The notes beneath the pieces were generated by a model. That model was not told the DNA's origin. It did no database searches and saw only the letters and a program-made list of their open reading frames with translations. A stretch of DNA of 64,000 nucleotides from Pseudonocardiales bacterium. Lineage in GTDB: Bacteria; Actinomycetota; Actinomycetes; Mycobacteriales; Pseudonocardiaceae. The DNA lies in NCBI GenBank assembly GCA_003244245.1, contig QHBY01000446.1:4946-68945 (forward strand). Direction: 5' to 3'. The translations under genes and the position numbers were made by a program. Position 1 is the stretch's first letter, and each line of letters opens with the position of its first letter. Positions 10,864-19,332 of the stretch are shown here, piece after piece.

Positions 10864-12195
10864 TCACCCGCTGTGGGGGCTGACCACCGCGGCGACCAGC
10901 TCGGCCAGCTCGTCCCGGGTGGGTCCCTCGGGTACGGGTGGGCGCCAGCCGCTGGCGTAGATCTCCCGGGCTCGTGGTTCAACGGCGGCGAGGCTGGCGG
11001 GCAGGGCGAGCATGGCCATGTAGGGCCCGACGACCTTGAGCATCTCGGGGTCGACCATTGTGGCCGCCATGATCAGGTCGGAGGGCAGCGGCCGGGTGAC
11101 GTCGACGTCATGCCCCGACCAGCGCCGGATCAGCTCGGCGTCCCAATACACGTGGTCGGAAAACCACGGCTTGATGTTCTCGGCGCACCAGTGCTCGAAC
11201 TCCAGGGAGCACGAGGTGAAGTCGCGCCGGTGGTCGTCCAGGAGGCGTACCAACCGTTGGGCCTGCATCAGCGAGGTGGCTACGCCTCGTCCGACCGAGG
11301 GGTTGGTCGTGCACACGGCGTCCCCGACGAACATCAGTCCGTTCAGAGCGACCTGACCGGTGTCGTCGAGCTGTGCCTGGTAGGTGTTGTGCAGCCGCCC
11401 GCCAGGCAGGACCGGGCTGATCGGCCGGGACCGGTCCGGCTCGGTCCATGCCGCCAGGGAAGGGATCGCTCGACTGGCGGCCTCGAACACCTCCTGGAAT
11501 CGCAGGCCCGCCATCTGACGGTCCGTGCTGGCCCGGGCGATGAGGGTGGAGAAGGTCCGGTTGTCGTGGATGAACACGATCGCCTGGTAGCCGGGATAGA
11601 TCGTCACCATCCCGATCGGTGCGTTCATCGGTCCGTTCTGGGCGCCCGGCAACAGCTGGTACTGGCGCGACACATAAGCGATTCCGCAGTCACCGCCCTC
11701 GGCCGGTCCCCGGAAGGTCCGGGTGGACTGCCCGGCTCGGCCGGATGCGTCGATGACCAGGTCGGCGTCCACCTGGTGGCCGTCCACCCGGACCCCGACG
11801 GTGCGTCCTCGCTCGTAGCAGACGTCCTCGACGTGACCGGTCCGCAGCGTGACCCCGGGCTGCGCCTCGGCCGCTGACCGCAGGACCCGTTCGAAGATCA
11901 GACGCCGGCAGCGAAGCCCGACCACACGCTCGGGTTGATCGGGCAGTGTGGTCGGCTGCGCCCCGGCCGTGATCAAGTCATCCCAGACTTCCGGCATCTC
12001 GGCGAGAAGCGCTTCCCCGACCTGCTGACGGAAGCCGTGCGGATGGTGGAACTGCATCACGCCCCTGCGGTTCCACGAGCCGTCCCCGTTCGGCCCGGGA
12101 TCGCGATCGACGACCGTGACCTCACGCCCGCGCCGGGCCAGCGCGATAGCGGTGTAGAGCCCGGTGGGACCCGCCCCAATGACGGTTATGTGCAT
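10864..12195 (-). CDS. FAD-dependent oxidoreductase/monooxygenase
   Basis: MHITVIGAGPTGLYTAIALARRGREVTVVDRD is a Rossmann GxGxxG fold. ATG 12195 chosen because it sits directly at the dinucleotide-binding fold. Confidence 0.7.
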   Translation of the reverse strand: MHITVIGAGPTGLYTAIALARRGREVTVVDRDPGPNGDGSWNRRGVMQFHHPHGFRQQVGEALLAEMPEVWDDLITAGAQPTTLPDQPERVVGLRCRRLIFERVLRSAAEAQPGVTLRTGHVEDVCYERGRTVGVRVDGHQVDADLVIDASGRAGQSTRTFRGPAEGGDCGIAYVSRQYQLLPGAQNGPMNAPIGMVTIYPGYQAIVFIHDNRTFSTLIARASTDRQMAGLRFQEVFEAASRAIPSLAAWTEPDRSRPISPVLPGGRLHNTYQAQLDDTGQVALNGLMFVGDAVCTTNPSVGRGVATSLMQAQRLVRLLDDHRRDFTSCSLEFEHWCAENIKPWFSDHVYWDAELIRRWSGHDVDVTRPLPSDLIMAATMVDPEMLKVVGPYMAMLALPASLAAVEPRAREIYASGWRPPVPEGPTRDELAELVAAVVSPHSG

Positions 12196-12271
12196 GTCTA
12201 TCCCTATCTCCCGGGTGCTGGGTAGCCACACGGGCAGGTGACGATGGGGATCGGGGCGTTGGCTGACACCG

Positions 12272-12862
12272 TCACGGTGGCGGGCGGGTGGCGGTGGCTA
12301 GTGCGGCGAGGTCGAGGTCAACCGGGAACGGTTGCGCCAGGCGCAGGAGCTGACCCGAGCTCGACGACGTGACCTCGACGTAGCATCCCCGTTGCAGTTG
12401 GTACGCCATCGAGCTCGGCCCCGGGCCGTTGAGCTCGATCCGCAGATAGTGGTCGATTCCCGCGGCCGAGTAGAGCTGCGGCTTGATCGCCCGATCAGCC
12501 CCGATGCTGCCAGGGCTGACAATCTCGATTGCCATCGCCACTCCGGCCGGGTCCCAGACCGTTACGTCGAGCCCGGGGTTGGTCACCACGACGAGGTCGG
12601 GGATCAGGATCTGTCCAGGCGCCACCCGGACGTTGACGGCTTCCAGCACCTCCAGCCAGCTCGGAGCCGCCCGCCCCAGTGCGTGGCAAAGATGGGATGA
12701 CAGCCGCTGGTGCCGGCTCCCGGCAGCAGGGCTCACCAGCAACCCGCCGTCGAGTAGCTCAATTCGCCGACGGTCCTCGGGCAGCGCGAAATAGTCCCGC
12801 TCCGTCCACGGGCCGACGTGGTCGAGCGGACTGGTCTGGGCAGACTGGGCAGGCGACGACAT
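12272..12862 (-). CDS. Uma2 (DUF820) family endonuclease
   Basis: ..WTERDYFALPEDRRRIELLDGGLLVSPAAGSRHQRLS..PDLVVV..AIEIVSPGS..DRAIKPQLYSAAGIDHYLRIE... ATG 12862 has GGAGGTG 8 nt upstream. Confidence 0.75.
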   Translation of the reverse strand: MSSPAQSAQTSPLDHVGPWTERDYFALPEDRRRIELLDGGLLVSPAAGSRHQRLSSHLCHALGRAAPSWLEVLEAVNVRVAPGQILIPDLVVVTNPGLDVTVWDPAGVAMAIEIVSPGSIGADRAIKPQLYSAAGIDHYLRIELNGPGPSSMAYQLQRGCYVEVTSSSSGQLLRLAQPFPVDLDLAALATATRPPP

Positions 12863-13160
12863 CCGCAGCTCACCTCCGCGCGTTCTGGGAGCACCACCAT
12901 GGTCGCATGCTGCCGGGAAGCACCGACAGTTTCTCACCGCACGTGCTGAGCCAGGGCCATCATGCGGAGATGCTGGTTCACCCATATCTCCTCTCGCGGG
13001 CCGGATCAAGGGAAACGCTGTATGTGCCGATCACTCCATCCGGTGGCGCCGAGGCAGGATCTTCGCTGCGCCCTCCGGTACTCACAAATCATCGAGCACC
13101 TGTGCGGACATGACGTAAGGCGACGCTTGACTGGCGTCGATCACTCGGGTTAACTAGTAA

Positions 13161-13176
13161 TCGAACATATGTTCTA
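13161..13176 (+). promoter_or_regulatory. LexA (SOS) box upstream of imuA'
   Basis: TCGAACATATGTTCTA has one mismatch to the actinobacterial consensus TCGAAC-N4-GTTCGA. It lies 73 nt upstream of the imuA' ATG and contains a -10-like TATGTT. Confidence 0.8.
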
Positions 13177-13248
13177 AACGCTGCCTTCCCCGCGGCGGAT
13201 CTGGGTGCGGCGCCTTGACGTCGGCATCCATGGGTTGGAGGCCGCGGG

Positions 13249-13953
13249 ATGGTGGGTGCAGGCGTCGCGTCAGTGCTGCAGCGTGTGCCGGTCGCGCCCG
13301 CGTCGACGCTGGGGGAGCGCATGGACGTCCCCGGTGGCCGGCTGCCGTTTCCGGTAGCCGAACCGCTCGCGCCGTTGCTGCCAGGGGGGCTGCGGCCGGG
13401 GTCGGTGGTGGCGGTGCAGGGCTCGACGGCGTTGCTACTGGCGTTGCTGGTCGCGGCTACCGCGCAGGGGGCTTGGGCTGCGGTGATCGGCGTCGGAGAC
13501 CTTGGGGTGCTGGCCGCAGCCGAGGCGGGGGTGGTGGTGCAGCGGCTGGCGCTGGTCCCCCGACCTGGACCGAATCCGGCTCCAGTGGCCGCGGCCCTGC
13601 TCGACGGGGTGGCCCTGGTGGCGCTGGCGGGCGCGGATCGGATATCTCCCGGGGCACGGCGATCCCTGGCCGCCAGAGCGTGGCAGCGCGGATCGGTGTT
13701 GCTTCCGCTCGGTCGATGGCCGGGGGCGGACATCGAGCTGGACTGCCGTGCTGAGGCCTGGTACGGCGCCGAGGCCGGACATGGGCGGCTGCGTAGCCGC
13801 GAGGTCGTGGTGCGTGCGGTGGGCCGCGGTGCAGCGGCTCGGCCTCGCACCGCCCGCTTGCTGCTGCCCGGTCCGGGCGGCCCGGTGGCGGAGGAGCTCG
13901 CGGACATGACTTCGTCGAGGGCAGTCGGGTCGATTAGGGCGGTGGGGCTATGA
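13249..13953 (+). CDS. imuA': ImuA' (RecA-fold-like mutasome accessory protein)
   Basis: ..LPGGLRPGSVVAVQGSTALLLALLVAATAQGAWAAVIGVGDLGVLAAAEAGVVVQRLALVP.. is typical of Rv3395c-like proteins. It follows the SOS box and precedes imuB. Confidence 0.8.
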   Translation: MVGAGVASVLQRVPVAPASTLGERMDVPGGRLPFPVAEPLAPLLPGGLRPGSVVAVQGSTALLLALLVAATAQGAWAAVIGVGDLGVLAAAEAGVVVQRLALVPRPGPNPAPVAAALLDGVALVALAGADRISPGARRSLAARAWQRGSVLLPLGRWPGADIELDCRAEAWYGAEAGHGRLRSREVVVRAVGRGAAARPRTARLLLPGPGGPVAEELADMTSSRAVGSIRAVGL

Positions 13954-14186
13954 ACCGCCGCCGTGCGGCTGCCCTGGCGACGGCTGCCGTCATGGCGATC
14001 GAGAACATGCGCGCCGCGCTGAACCTGGCCGCGCTTGCGGATCAGGCCGTCCACGGCGAGTTGCGTCGGGACCTGAAACAGCCCGTTGGAAACCCACGTA
14101 AGACCGCCATGAGCGGCAACGGGTACTGCCACGGGAAGGCTGCGATCAGCAGTCAAGGTCGCCTCTGTGAGGTGGCGACTCCATGA
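13950..14186 (+). CDS. hypothetical 78-aa ORF in the imuA'-imuB gap
   Basis: The ATG overlaps the imuA' stop (ATGA). Sequence MNRRRAAALATAAVMAIENMRAALNLAALADQAVHGELRRDLKQ.. The segment is locally lower in GC and I recognise no family. Confidence 0.2.
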   Translation: MNRRRAAALATAAVMAIENMRAALNLAALADQAVHGELRRDLKQPVGNPRKTAMSGNGYCHGKAAISSQGRLCEVATP

Positions 14187-14223
14187 GACGTTGTGACACG
14201 TTTCGAGGAACGGCGGTGGGCTG

Positions 14224-15786
14224 ATGGCGCCGGCTCGGGTGGTGGTGGTCTGGTGCCCGGACTGGCCCGTGGTGGCCGGAGCGGTCGTTGCGGGCTTGGC
14301 CGCGCAGATACCGGCGGCGGTGGTAGCCGCCAACCGAGTGGTGGTTTGCTCGGCGGTCGCCCGGGCACACGGGGTATGCCGCGGGCAGCGCCGCCGTGAG
14401 GCGCAGGGCCGCTGCCCGGAGCTGGTCGTGCTCGCCGACGACCCGGACCGGGACGCCCGGGCGTTCGAGCCGGTGGTCGCCGCAGTCGAGGCCTTGGCGC
14501 CCGGGGTGGAGCTGGTGCGCCCCGGGCTGGTCGCCGTACCGGCCCGGGGTCCGACCCGGTACTTCGGTGGCGAACCCGCAGTGGCCGAGCGGATCATCGA
14601 TGTGGTCGCCGCGCAGGCGGGGGTGCAATGCCAGATCGGCATCGCCGACGGCCTGTTCGCCGCGACCTTGGCCGCGCATCGAGGCCTGCTGGTGCCACCG
14701 GATGGTTCGGCCGGCTTTCTTGCCACCCTGAGCATCGCCGAGCTGCACCAGCCTGCTGCCGATCGGGCCACGCTGGTGGACCTGCTGCACCGGCTGGGGC
14801 TACGAACCCTCGGGGCGTTCGCCGCCCTCCCCGTTGACGATGTCGCCTCCCGGTTCGGTCTCGACGGGGTGCGCGCGCACCGGCTCGCCCAGGGGCTCGA
14901 CGAGCGCCCGCTGGCGCGCCGTGACCCGCCGGGCGATCTCACCGTCACCCGCCGGTTCGACCCGCCGCTGGATCGGGTCGATGCGGCAGCATTCGCCTCC
15001 CGGGAACCCGCGGAGCAGCTGCACGACGCACTGGCCGCCCGCGGTCTGGCCTGCATCCGGCTCGGGATCAGTGCCTGCACAGAGGCAGGGGAGGAGCTGC
15101 ACCGGGTGTGGCGCTGCGCCGAGTCGCTGACCGCACCCGGGATCGGCGATCGGGTGCGCTGGCAGCTGGACGGATGGCTGACTTCCCGCGGATCACACCA
15201 CGGTGCGGGTATCACGCTGCTGCAGCTGATCCCGGAGGAGGTGATCGGCGGGCAGGCCCTGCAGCGCGGGTTGTGGGGGGAGCCGGGGGAAGACGACGAG
15301 CGGGCTGGCCGGGCCCTGGTCCGGGTGCAAGGGATGCTCGGACCCGAGGCGGTCCTCATCGGAGTGCTCGGCGGCGGCCGGAATCCCCACGATCGGGTAC
15401 GCCTGGTGCCCTGGGGAGAAGACCCGACTCCGGCGCGCGATGCGGATCCTCCCTGGCCGGGCCAGCTGCCTGCGCCGTCCCCGTCTCGGGTGCCTACCCT
15501 CCCGTTGGCCGCCGAGGTGCTTGACGATGCCGGACACGCCGTCGGGGTGCGTGGACGCGGGAGGCTCACCAGTGCGCCGTACCGGATCGCGGTGGACGGG
15601 AACCCGCCGCGCCGGGTGCTGACCTGGGCTGGGCCCTGGCCGGTCGAGGAGCGCTGGTGGGAGCCCGGCGGGGGACGGCGTTGCGCGCGATTGCAAGCGG
15701 TGCTCGACGCCGAAGCCGACGGGCTGCTCGCGGTACTGCTGGCCTGCGAGACGGGCCGCTGGAAGGTCGAGGGAATCTACGAATGA
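14224..15786 (+). CDS. imuB: ImuB (catalytically inactive Y-family polymerase-like mutasome subunit)
   Basis: MAPARVVVVWCPDWPVVAG.. and the overall Rv3394c-like layout. Confidence 0.85.
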   Translation: MAPARVVVVWCPDWPVVAGAVVAGLAAQIPAAVVAANRVVVCSAVARAHGVCRGQRRREAQGRCPELVVLADDPDRDARAFEPVVAAVEALAPGVELVRPGLVAVPARGPTRYFGGEPAVAERIIDVVAAQAGVQCQIGIADGLFAATLAAHRGLLVPPDGSAGFLATLSIAELHQPAADRATLVDLLHRLGLRTLGAFAALPVDDVASRFGLDGVRAHRLAQGLDERPLARRDPPGDLTVTRRFDPPLDRVDAAAFASREPAEQLHDALAARGLACIRLGISACTEAGEELHRVWRCAESLTAPGIGDRVRWQLDGWLTSRGSHHGAGITLLQLIPEEVIGGQALQRGLWGEPGEDDERAGRALVRVQGMLGPEAVLIGVLGGGRNPHDRVRLVPWGEDPTPARDADPPWPGQLPAPSPSRVPTLPLAAEVLDDAGHAVGVRGRGRLTSAPYRIAVDGNPPRRVLTWAGPWPVEERWWEPGGGRRCARLQAVLDAEADGLLAVLLACETGRWKVEGIYE

Positions 15787-15851
15787 TGGTATAGAAGTCT
15801 GGCGGCGTTGCGTGGCAACCTGAGCCGGTCGGTGCGCATAGGCTCAGGCTG

Positions 15852-16724
15852 GTGTCGTCTCTCTACGAGTTGCACTCTCACCGCCCGCTGACGTCGCCGG
15901 TGCTGCTGCTGGCGACTGAGAGCTGGGTCGACGCCGGCCTCGGAGCCCAAGCGGCCATCGCCCATATTCTCGAGACGATCCCGACCGAGGTGCTGGCTAC
16001 TTTCAGCGCGGATGAGCTCATCAACTTCCGGTCCCGCCGTCCCATCGTTCGAATCTCCGATGGAGTCGTCGATCACGTGAGCTGGCCTGAGATCCAGCTG
16101 CGAGCCGGTCGAGACGCTGCAGGCAGGGGCGTTCTCGTCTTGGTGGGGCCCGAGCCGGACATGGCGTGGCATGCCTTCGTACGGGCTGTCGTGGGTCTAG
16201 GTGCACAGCTAGGAGTGCGGCTCGTCGTCGGTCTCGGCGCCTACGCCGCTCCTGTCCCGCACACCCGTCCGGTCAGTCTGATGGCCATCGCCACCATGGC
16301 TGAACTGGCGGCGCAGGTGGGAGTGGTACCTGGCAGCGCTGAGATGCCGGCCGGGATCCAGACGGCTCTGCAAGAGGGCTTCGCGCTCGCGGGCGTGCCC
16401 GCCATTGGAGTATGGGCGCGAGTACCCCACTATCTTGCGGCCATCCCTTACCCCGCGGCCTCCGCCGCGCTTGTCGATGCGCTGGCAGCGGTGGCCGGGC
16501 TCGAGCTCGACGCTGGGGAGTTGCATGCCGCGGCTGACAGTATGTTGGCCCAGATCGACGAAATCATTGCTAACAGTGCGGAATACCCTGCGCTGGTACG
16601 TCGGCTTGAGGCCGCGGTCGACGGCGAGGCGACCGCCTTGTCCGATTTCTCGGATCTCCCCTCAGGCGACGAGCTCGCCGCCGAGCTTGAGCGTTTCCTT
16701 CGTGGCGAGCAGGGGGAGCAGTAG
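15852..16724 (+). CDS. PAC2 (proteasome assembly chaperone 2-like) family protein
   Basis: ..LYELHSHRPLTSPVLLLATESWVDAGLGAQ..VLVLVGPEPDMAWHAF..GIWARVPHYLAA.PYPAASAALVDAL.. Confidence 0.75.
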   Translation: MSSLYELHSHRPLTSPVLLLATESWVDAGLGAQAAIAHILETIPTEVLATFSADELINFRSRRPIVRISDGVVDHVSWPEIQLRAGRDAAGRGVLVLVGPEPDMAWHAFVRAVVGLGAQLGVRLVVGLGAYAAPVPHTRPVSLMAIATMAELAAQVGVVPGSAEMPAGIQTALQEGFALAGVPAIGVWARVPHYLAAIPYPAASAALVDALAAVAGLELDAGELHAAADSMLAQIDEIIANSAEYPALVRRLEAAVDGEATALSDFSDLPSGDELAAELERFLRGEQGEQ

Positions 16725-16739
16725 CCGACGCCCACGGCG

Positions 16740-17598
16740 ATGTTCAGTCGCTCCGTACCGGCCGCCGAGCCGTGCTACGGGGGCCGCCGGGGGGTTCGGG
16801 GTGGCCGGCGGCACCGCGTTGCTCACCGGTCTTGGCGCGGTCACCGGGGTAGGCGTCGGTGTGGCCGCTTCTCGTCTCACGGGGTGAAGCGCCGGACAGG
16901 TCGTCGCTGACGCGATCAAGCGCGGCGTCATCATGCGGCTGTTAGTCCTGGGAGAACAACGCCGAGGAGAAAGCGAAGCGGGTCGTCGAGGCGCTACAGG
17001 CCAGACTTAGCGAAGTCAGCGTGAAGATCAGCCAACTCGCCGAGCGGATCTGTCAACTGTCGGAAGACAATCAGCGCTCAGCGCTCAGCGCGCAGAACCG
17101 GCGCTTGCGTACCTGGCTGCGAGCGGAGCACGATGAGGCGCAGCTGGCGGAGACCGCCCTTGAGGTAGTACTCGACCGGCTTCCGCACGGATGTCAGCAT
17201 TGACCTGGGCGAACCGGTTGCGAATATCGGCGAGGCGTTGACCCCGTGGGATAAGCATCTGGTGGCCGATGTCGTGACCCCGATGAGACTGCCGTTGCCG
17301 TGGTGGACCCTGCTCCACGAGCGGTTTCCCTGGTCGGAGCCGCTTGCCTGGCAAGACGATCACCCGGTGGTTGGCCACATCTCCGGCCATAGCTGTCGAC
17401 ACGTGAACGTGACATGCTGCTGCGGATCGGGTTGCTTGCCGTGCAGGTCCTGCGCGACGCCCATGGACCGTGATCCTCTGCTGCGTCGGACTGGGACATG
17501 TTGCTCCGTGGGGTCGACCAGCCGTGGCCGCTCGACGCCGCGCTGACGCTGCAGACGGCAGCGCAACAGGCGGGCTTGCTCGAAGATGAAGGATCGTG
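16740..17598 (+). pseudogene. decayed gene of unknown family (Gly-zipper TM segment plus coiled coil), several frameshifts
   Basis: Protein-like stretches hop between the three + frames: GGFGVAGGTALLTGLGAVTGVGVGVAA / GQVVADAIKRGVIMRLLVLGE / NNAEEKAKRVVEALQARLSEVSVKISQLAERICQLSEDNQ..LEVVLD / IDLGEPVANIGEALTPWDKHLVADVVTPMRLPLPWWTLLHERFPW.. / ERDMLLRIGLLAVQVLRDAHG / DWDMLLRGVDQPWPLDAALTLQTAAQQAGLLEDEGS-stop (17596..17598). Confidence 0.4.
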
Positions 17599-17696
17599 AG
17601 CGAGGTTGCCCGGGCGACCTGCCGTGTTTCGCTTCCTCAGTCGGGCTCGTCGGTCTTCCGGGCAGTGGGCCTTCGTAGGCGAGGTTCCGACAGATG

Positions 17697-17720
17697 TGCT
17701 AAAATCGAACACATGTTCGA
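17697..17720 (+). promoter_or_regulatory. extended -10 promoter (TGCTAAAAT) overlapping a perfect LexA box (TCGAACACATGTTCGA)
   Basis: TGC-TAAAAT lies at 17697..17705 and the palindrome at 17705..17720. The ATG of the DUF222/HNH gene (17713) lies in the box spacer, 7-8 nt after the -10. Confidence 0.75.
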
Positions 17721-19323
17721 TAAAAGTCAAGTCGAGGGGCTGCCCGTTGCGGGTATCCCGATCGATGAGGACTGTTTCGATCCGGCCTGGCTGGATGAGG
17801 CTGCGTGGCTGAATGCGGCTTCGGGACCGCCGGAGGCAGCCCATCCGCCGGTGTCGGCGTGCGCCCCGTCGGGGTGGCTGGCGTTGGAGTTGGATCAAGG
17901 CGGCGCTGATCCGGCTGTGCTCTCCGATAGCGAGTTGATCGACGCGGTGATCGGGTTCGATCGCGTGGCCTCGTGGGCGTTGGCGCGCCAAGCGGTGTTG
18001 CTGGCCGAGTTCGCCCGGCGTCGCCCGGGGGATCATCCGCTGGCGGCCAATTCGGATACTCCGTCGCGGTGCAGTGAGTTCGCCCCGGATGAGGTGGCCT
18101 TGGCGTTGCGGTTGTCGCGGATGACCGCGACCGGGCGGCTGGTGATGGCCCAGACCCTGGTTGAGGAGCTGCCCGGAACCCTGGCCGCGTGGGAGGCTGG
18201 GGTAATCGATTCGCTGAAGGCGAGGGCGATCACCGAGACCTCCTATCTGCTCCCAGGAGAGCAGCGGAGTGCGCTGGAGGCGCGGGTGCTGCCTCGCGCT
18301 GGCACCCAGACGATCGCCCAGCTACGGGCCGCGCTGACCCGGGCGGTGCTGGCCCTCGACCCCGAGGGGGCAGCCGCGCGCCACCAGCAACGCCGCCAGG
18401 ACCGGCGGGTGGTGGTCTCCCCAGACGAGGAAGGCATGGCATCCCTGTGGGCGTTGCTGTCGGCTCCGGATGCCGCCGCCGCCTACCAGCGGCTTTGCGA
18501 CCTCGCCCGTGGGCTAGGCAGCGAGGACGCTCGCGGGATGGATGCTCGGCGCGCTGACCTGCTCGTCGAGTTGCTCACTGGGCGGCGCTGCGCAGCCACC
18601 GGCTCCTGCATAGACCAGCAGGGTCCTGGTGACTGCGACTGTTCCGGCGACGGCTGTCCCGACGATGCCACCGACACCGCGTCCACCAACACCGCGTCCA
18701 CCAACACCGCGCCGGGCCCGGCCCCTGATCCCGCACACCGGGCCACCCCCACCAACGCGCCAGGTCCAGGTGGTCATGGCTGCACCCCCATCCACGCAAC
18801 CGGTCCGGGCAAGCCGCTGGTGTCGGTGATCGTGCCGATCACCATGCTGTTGGGTTTAGATGATGAACCTGGGGAGCTGGTCGGTCACGGGCCCATCCCT
18901 GCCGACTTGGCCCGAGAGGTTGCCGCCCAGGGCACCTGGCGGCGGCTGCTGACCGACCCGGCTTCGGGTGCTTTACTCGACTACGGCCGTACCACCTATA
19001 CCCCACCCACCGGGCTGGCCGGCTTTATCCGCGCCCGCGACCTGCATTGTCGCAACCCGATCTGTGGTCAACCCGCCGCTCGCGCCGATCTCGACCACAC
19101 CATCCCTTACCAGCCCGAGGGCACCACCAGCCAACACAACCTGCACGCCAGTTGCCGCCATCACCACCGGCTCAAAACCCACGCTCCCGGCTGGCAGGTT
19201 GACCAACATCTCGACGATCGGATCACCTGGACCACCCCCACCGGGCACACCTACACCAGCAACCCCCACGATTACCGACCCGACTCGCACCCACCACCCA
19301 GCGACGACCCGCCCCCCTTCTAG
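17713..19323 (+). CDS. DUF222 domain / HNH endonuclease (mycobacterial 13E12-repeat-like protein)
   Basis: N-terminal DUF222-like region (..SDSELIDAVIGFDRVASWALARQAVLLAEFARRRP..). C-terminal HNH motif (..RARDLHCRNPICGQPAARADLDHTIPY..GTTSQHNLHASCRHHHRLKTH..). Start taken at ATG 17713 (MFDKSQ..); the in-frame extension from 17596 is possible but less likely. Confidence 0.8.
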   Translation: MFDKSQVEGLPVAGIPIDEDCFDPAWLDEAAWLNAASGPPEAAHPPVSACAPSGWLALELDQGGADPAVLSDSELIDAVIGFDRVASWALARQAVLLAEFARRRPGDHPLAANSDTPSRCSEFAPDEVALALRLSRMTATGRLVMAQTLVEELPGTLAAWEAGVIDSLKARAITETSYLLPGEQRSALEARVLPRAGTQTIAQLRAALTRAVLALDPEGAAARHQQRRQDRRVVVSPDEEGMASLWALLSAPDAAAAYQRLCDLARGLGSEDARGMDARRADLLVELLTGRRCAATGSCIDQQGPGDCDCSGDGCPDDATDTASTNTASTNTAPGPAPDPAHRATPTNAPGPGGHGCTPIHATGPGKPLVSVIVPITMLLGLDDEPGELVGHGPIPADLAREVAAQGTWRRLLTDPASGALLDYGRTTYTPPTGLAGFIRARDLHCRNPICGQPAARADLDHTIPYQPEGTTSQHNLHASCRHHHRLKTHAPGWQVDQHLDDRITWTTPTGHTYTSNPHDYRPDSHPPPSDDPPPF

Positions 19324-19332
19324 GTCCACACC

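Noticed and set aside
12863-13160. Considered whether the Uma2 endonuclease gene shares the imuA' SOS box.
   Set aside because: The box lies ~300 bp from the Uma2 start and is oriented close to imuA'. No second GAAC-N4-GTTC is seen near 12862.
13089-15569. 826-aa minus-strand ORF, the longest ORF in this part of the track.
   Set aside because: It is antisense to imuA' and imuB. Its composition is Arg/Ser/Pro/Ala-rich and low in complexity with no motifs, the typical shadow ORF of a GC-rich coding region.
18676-18711. Short tandem repeats considered as a possible CRISPR or VNTR: ACCGCGTCCACCAAC x2.4 inside the HNH gene, the DFTTE repeat at 22886..22927, and the INGD repeat at the cdd 5' end.
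   Set aside because: They are in-frame coding micro-duplications with no spacer structure. No CRISPR array is present anywhere in the window.
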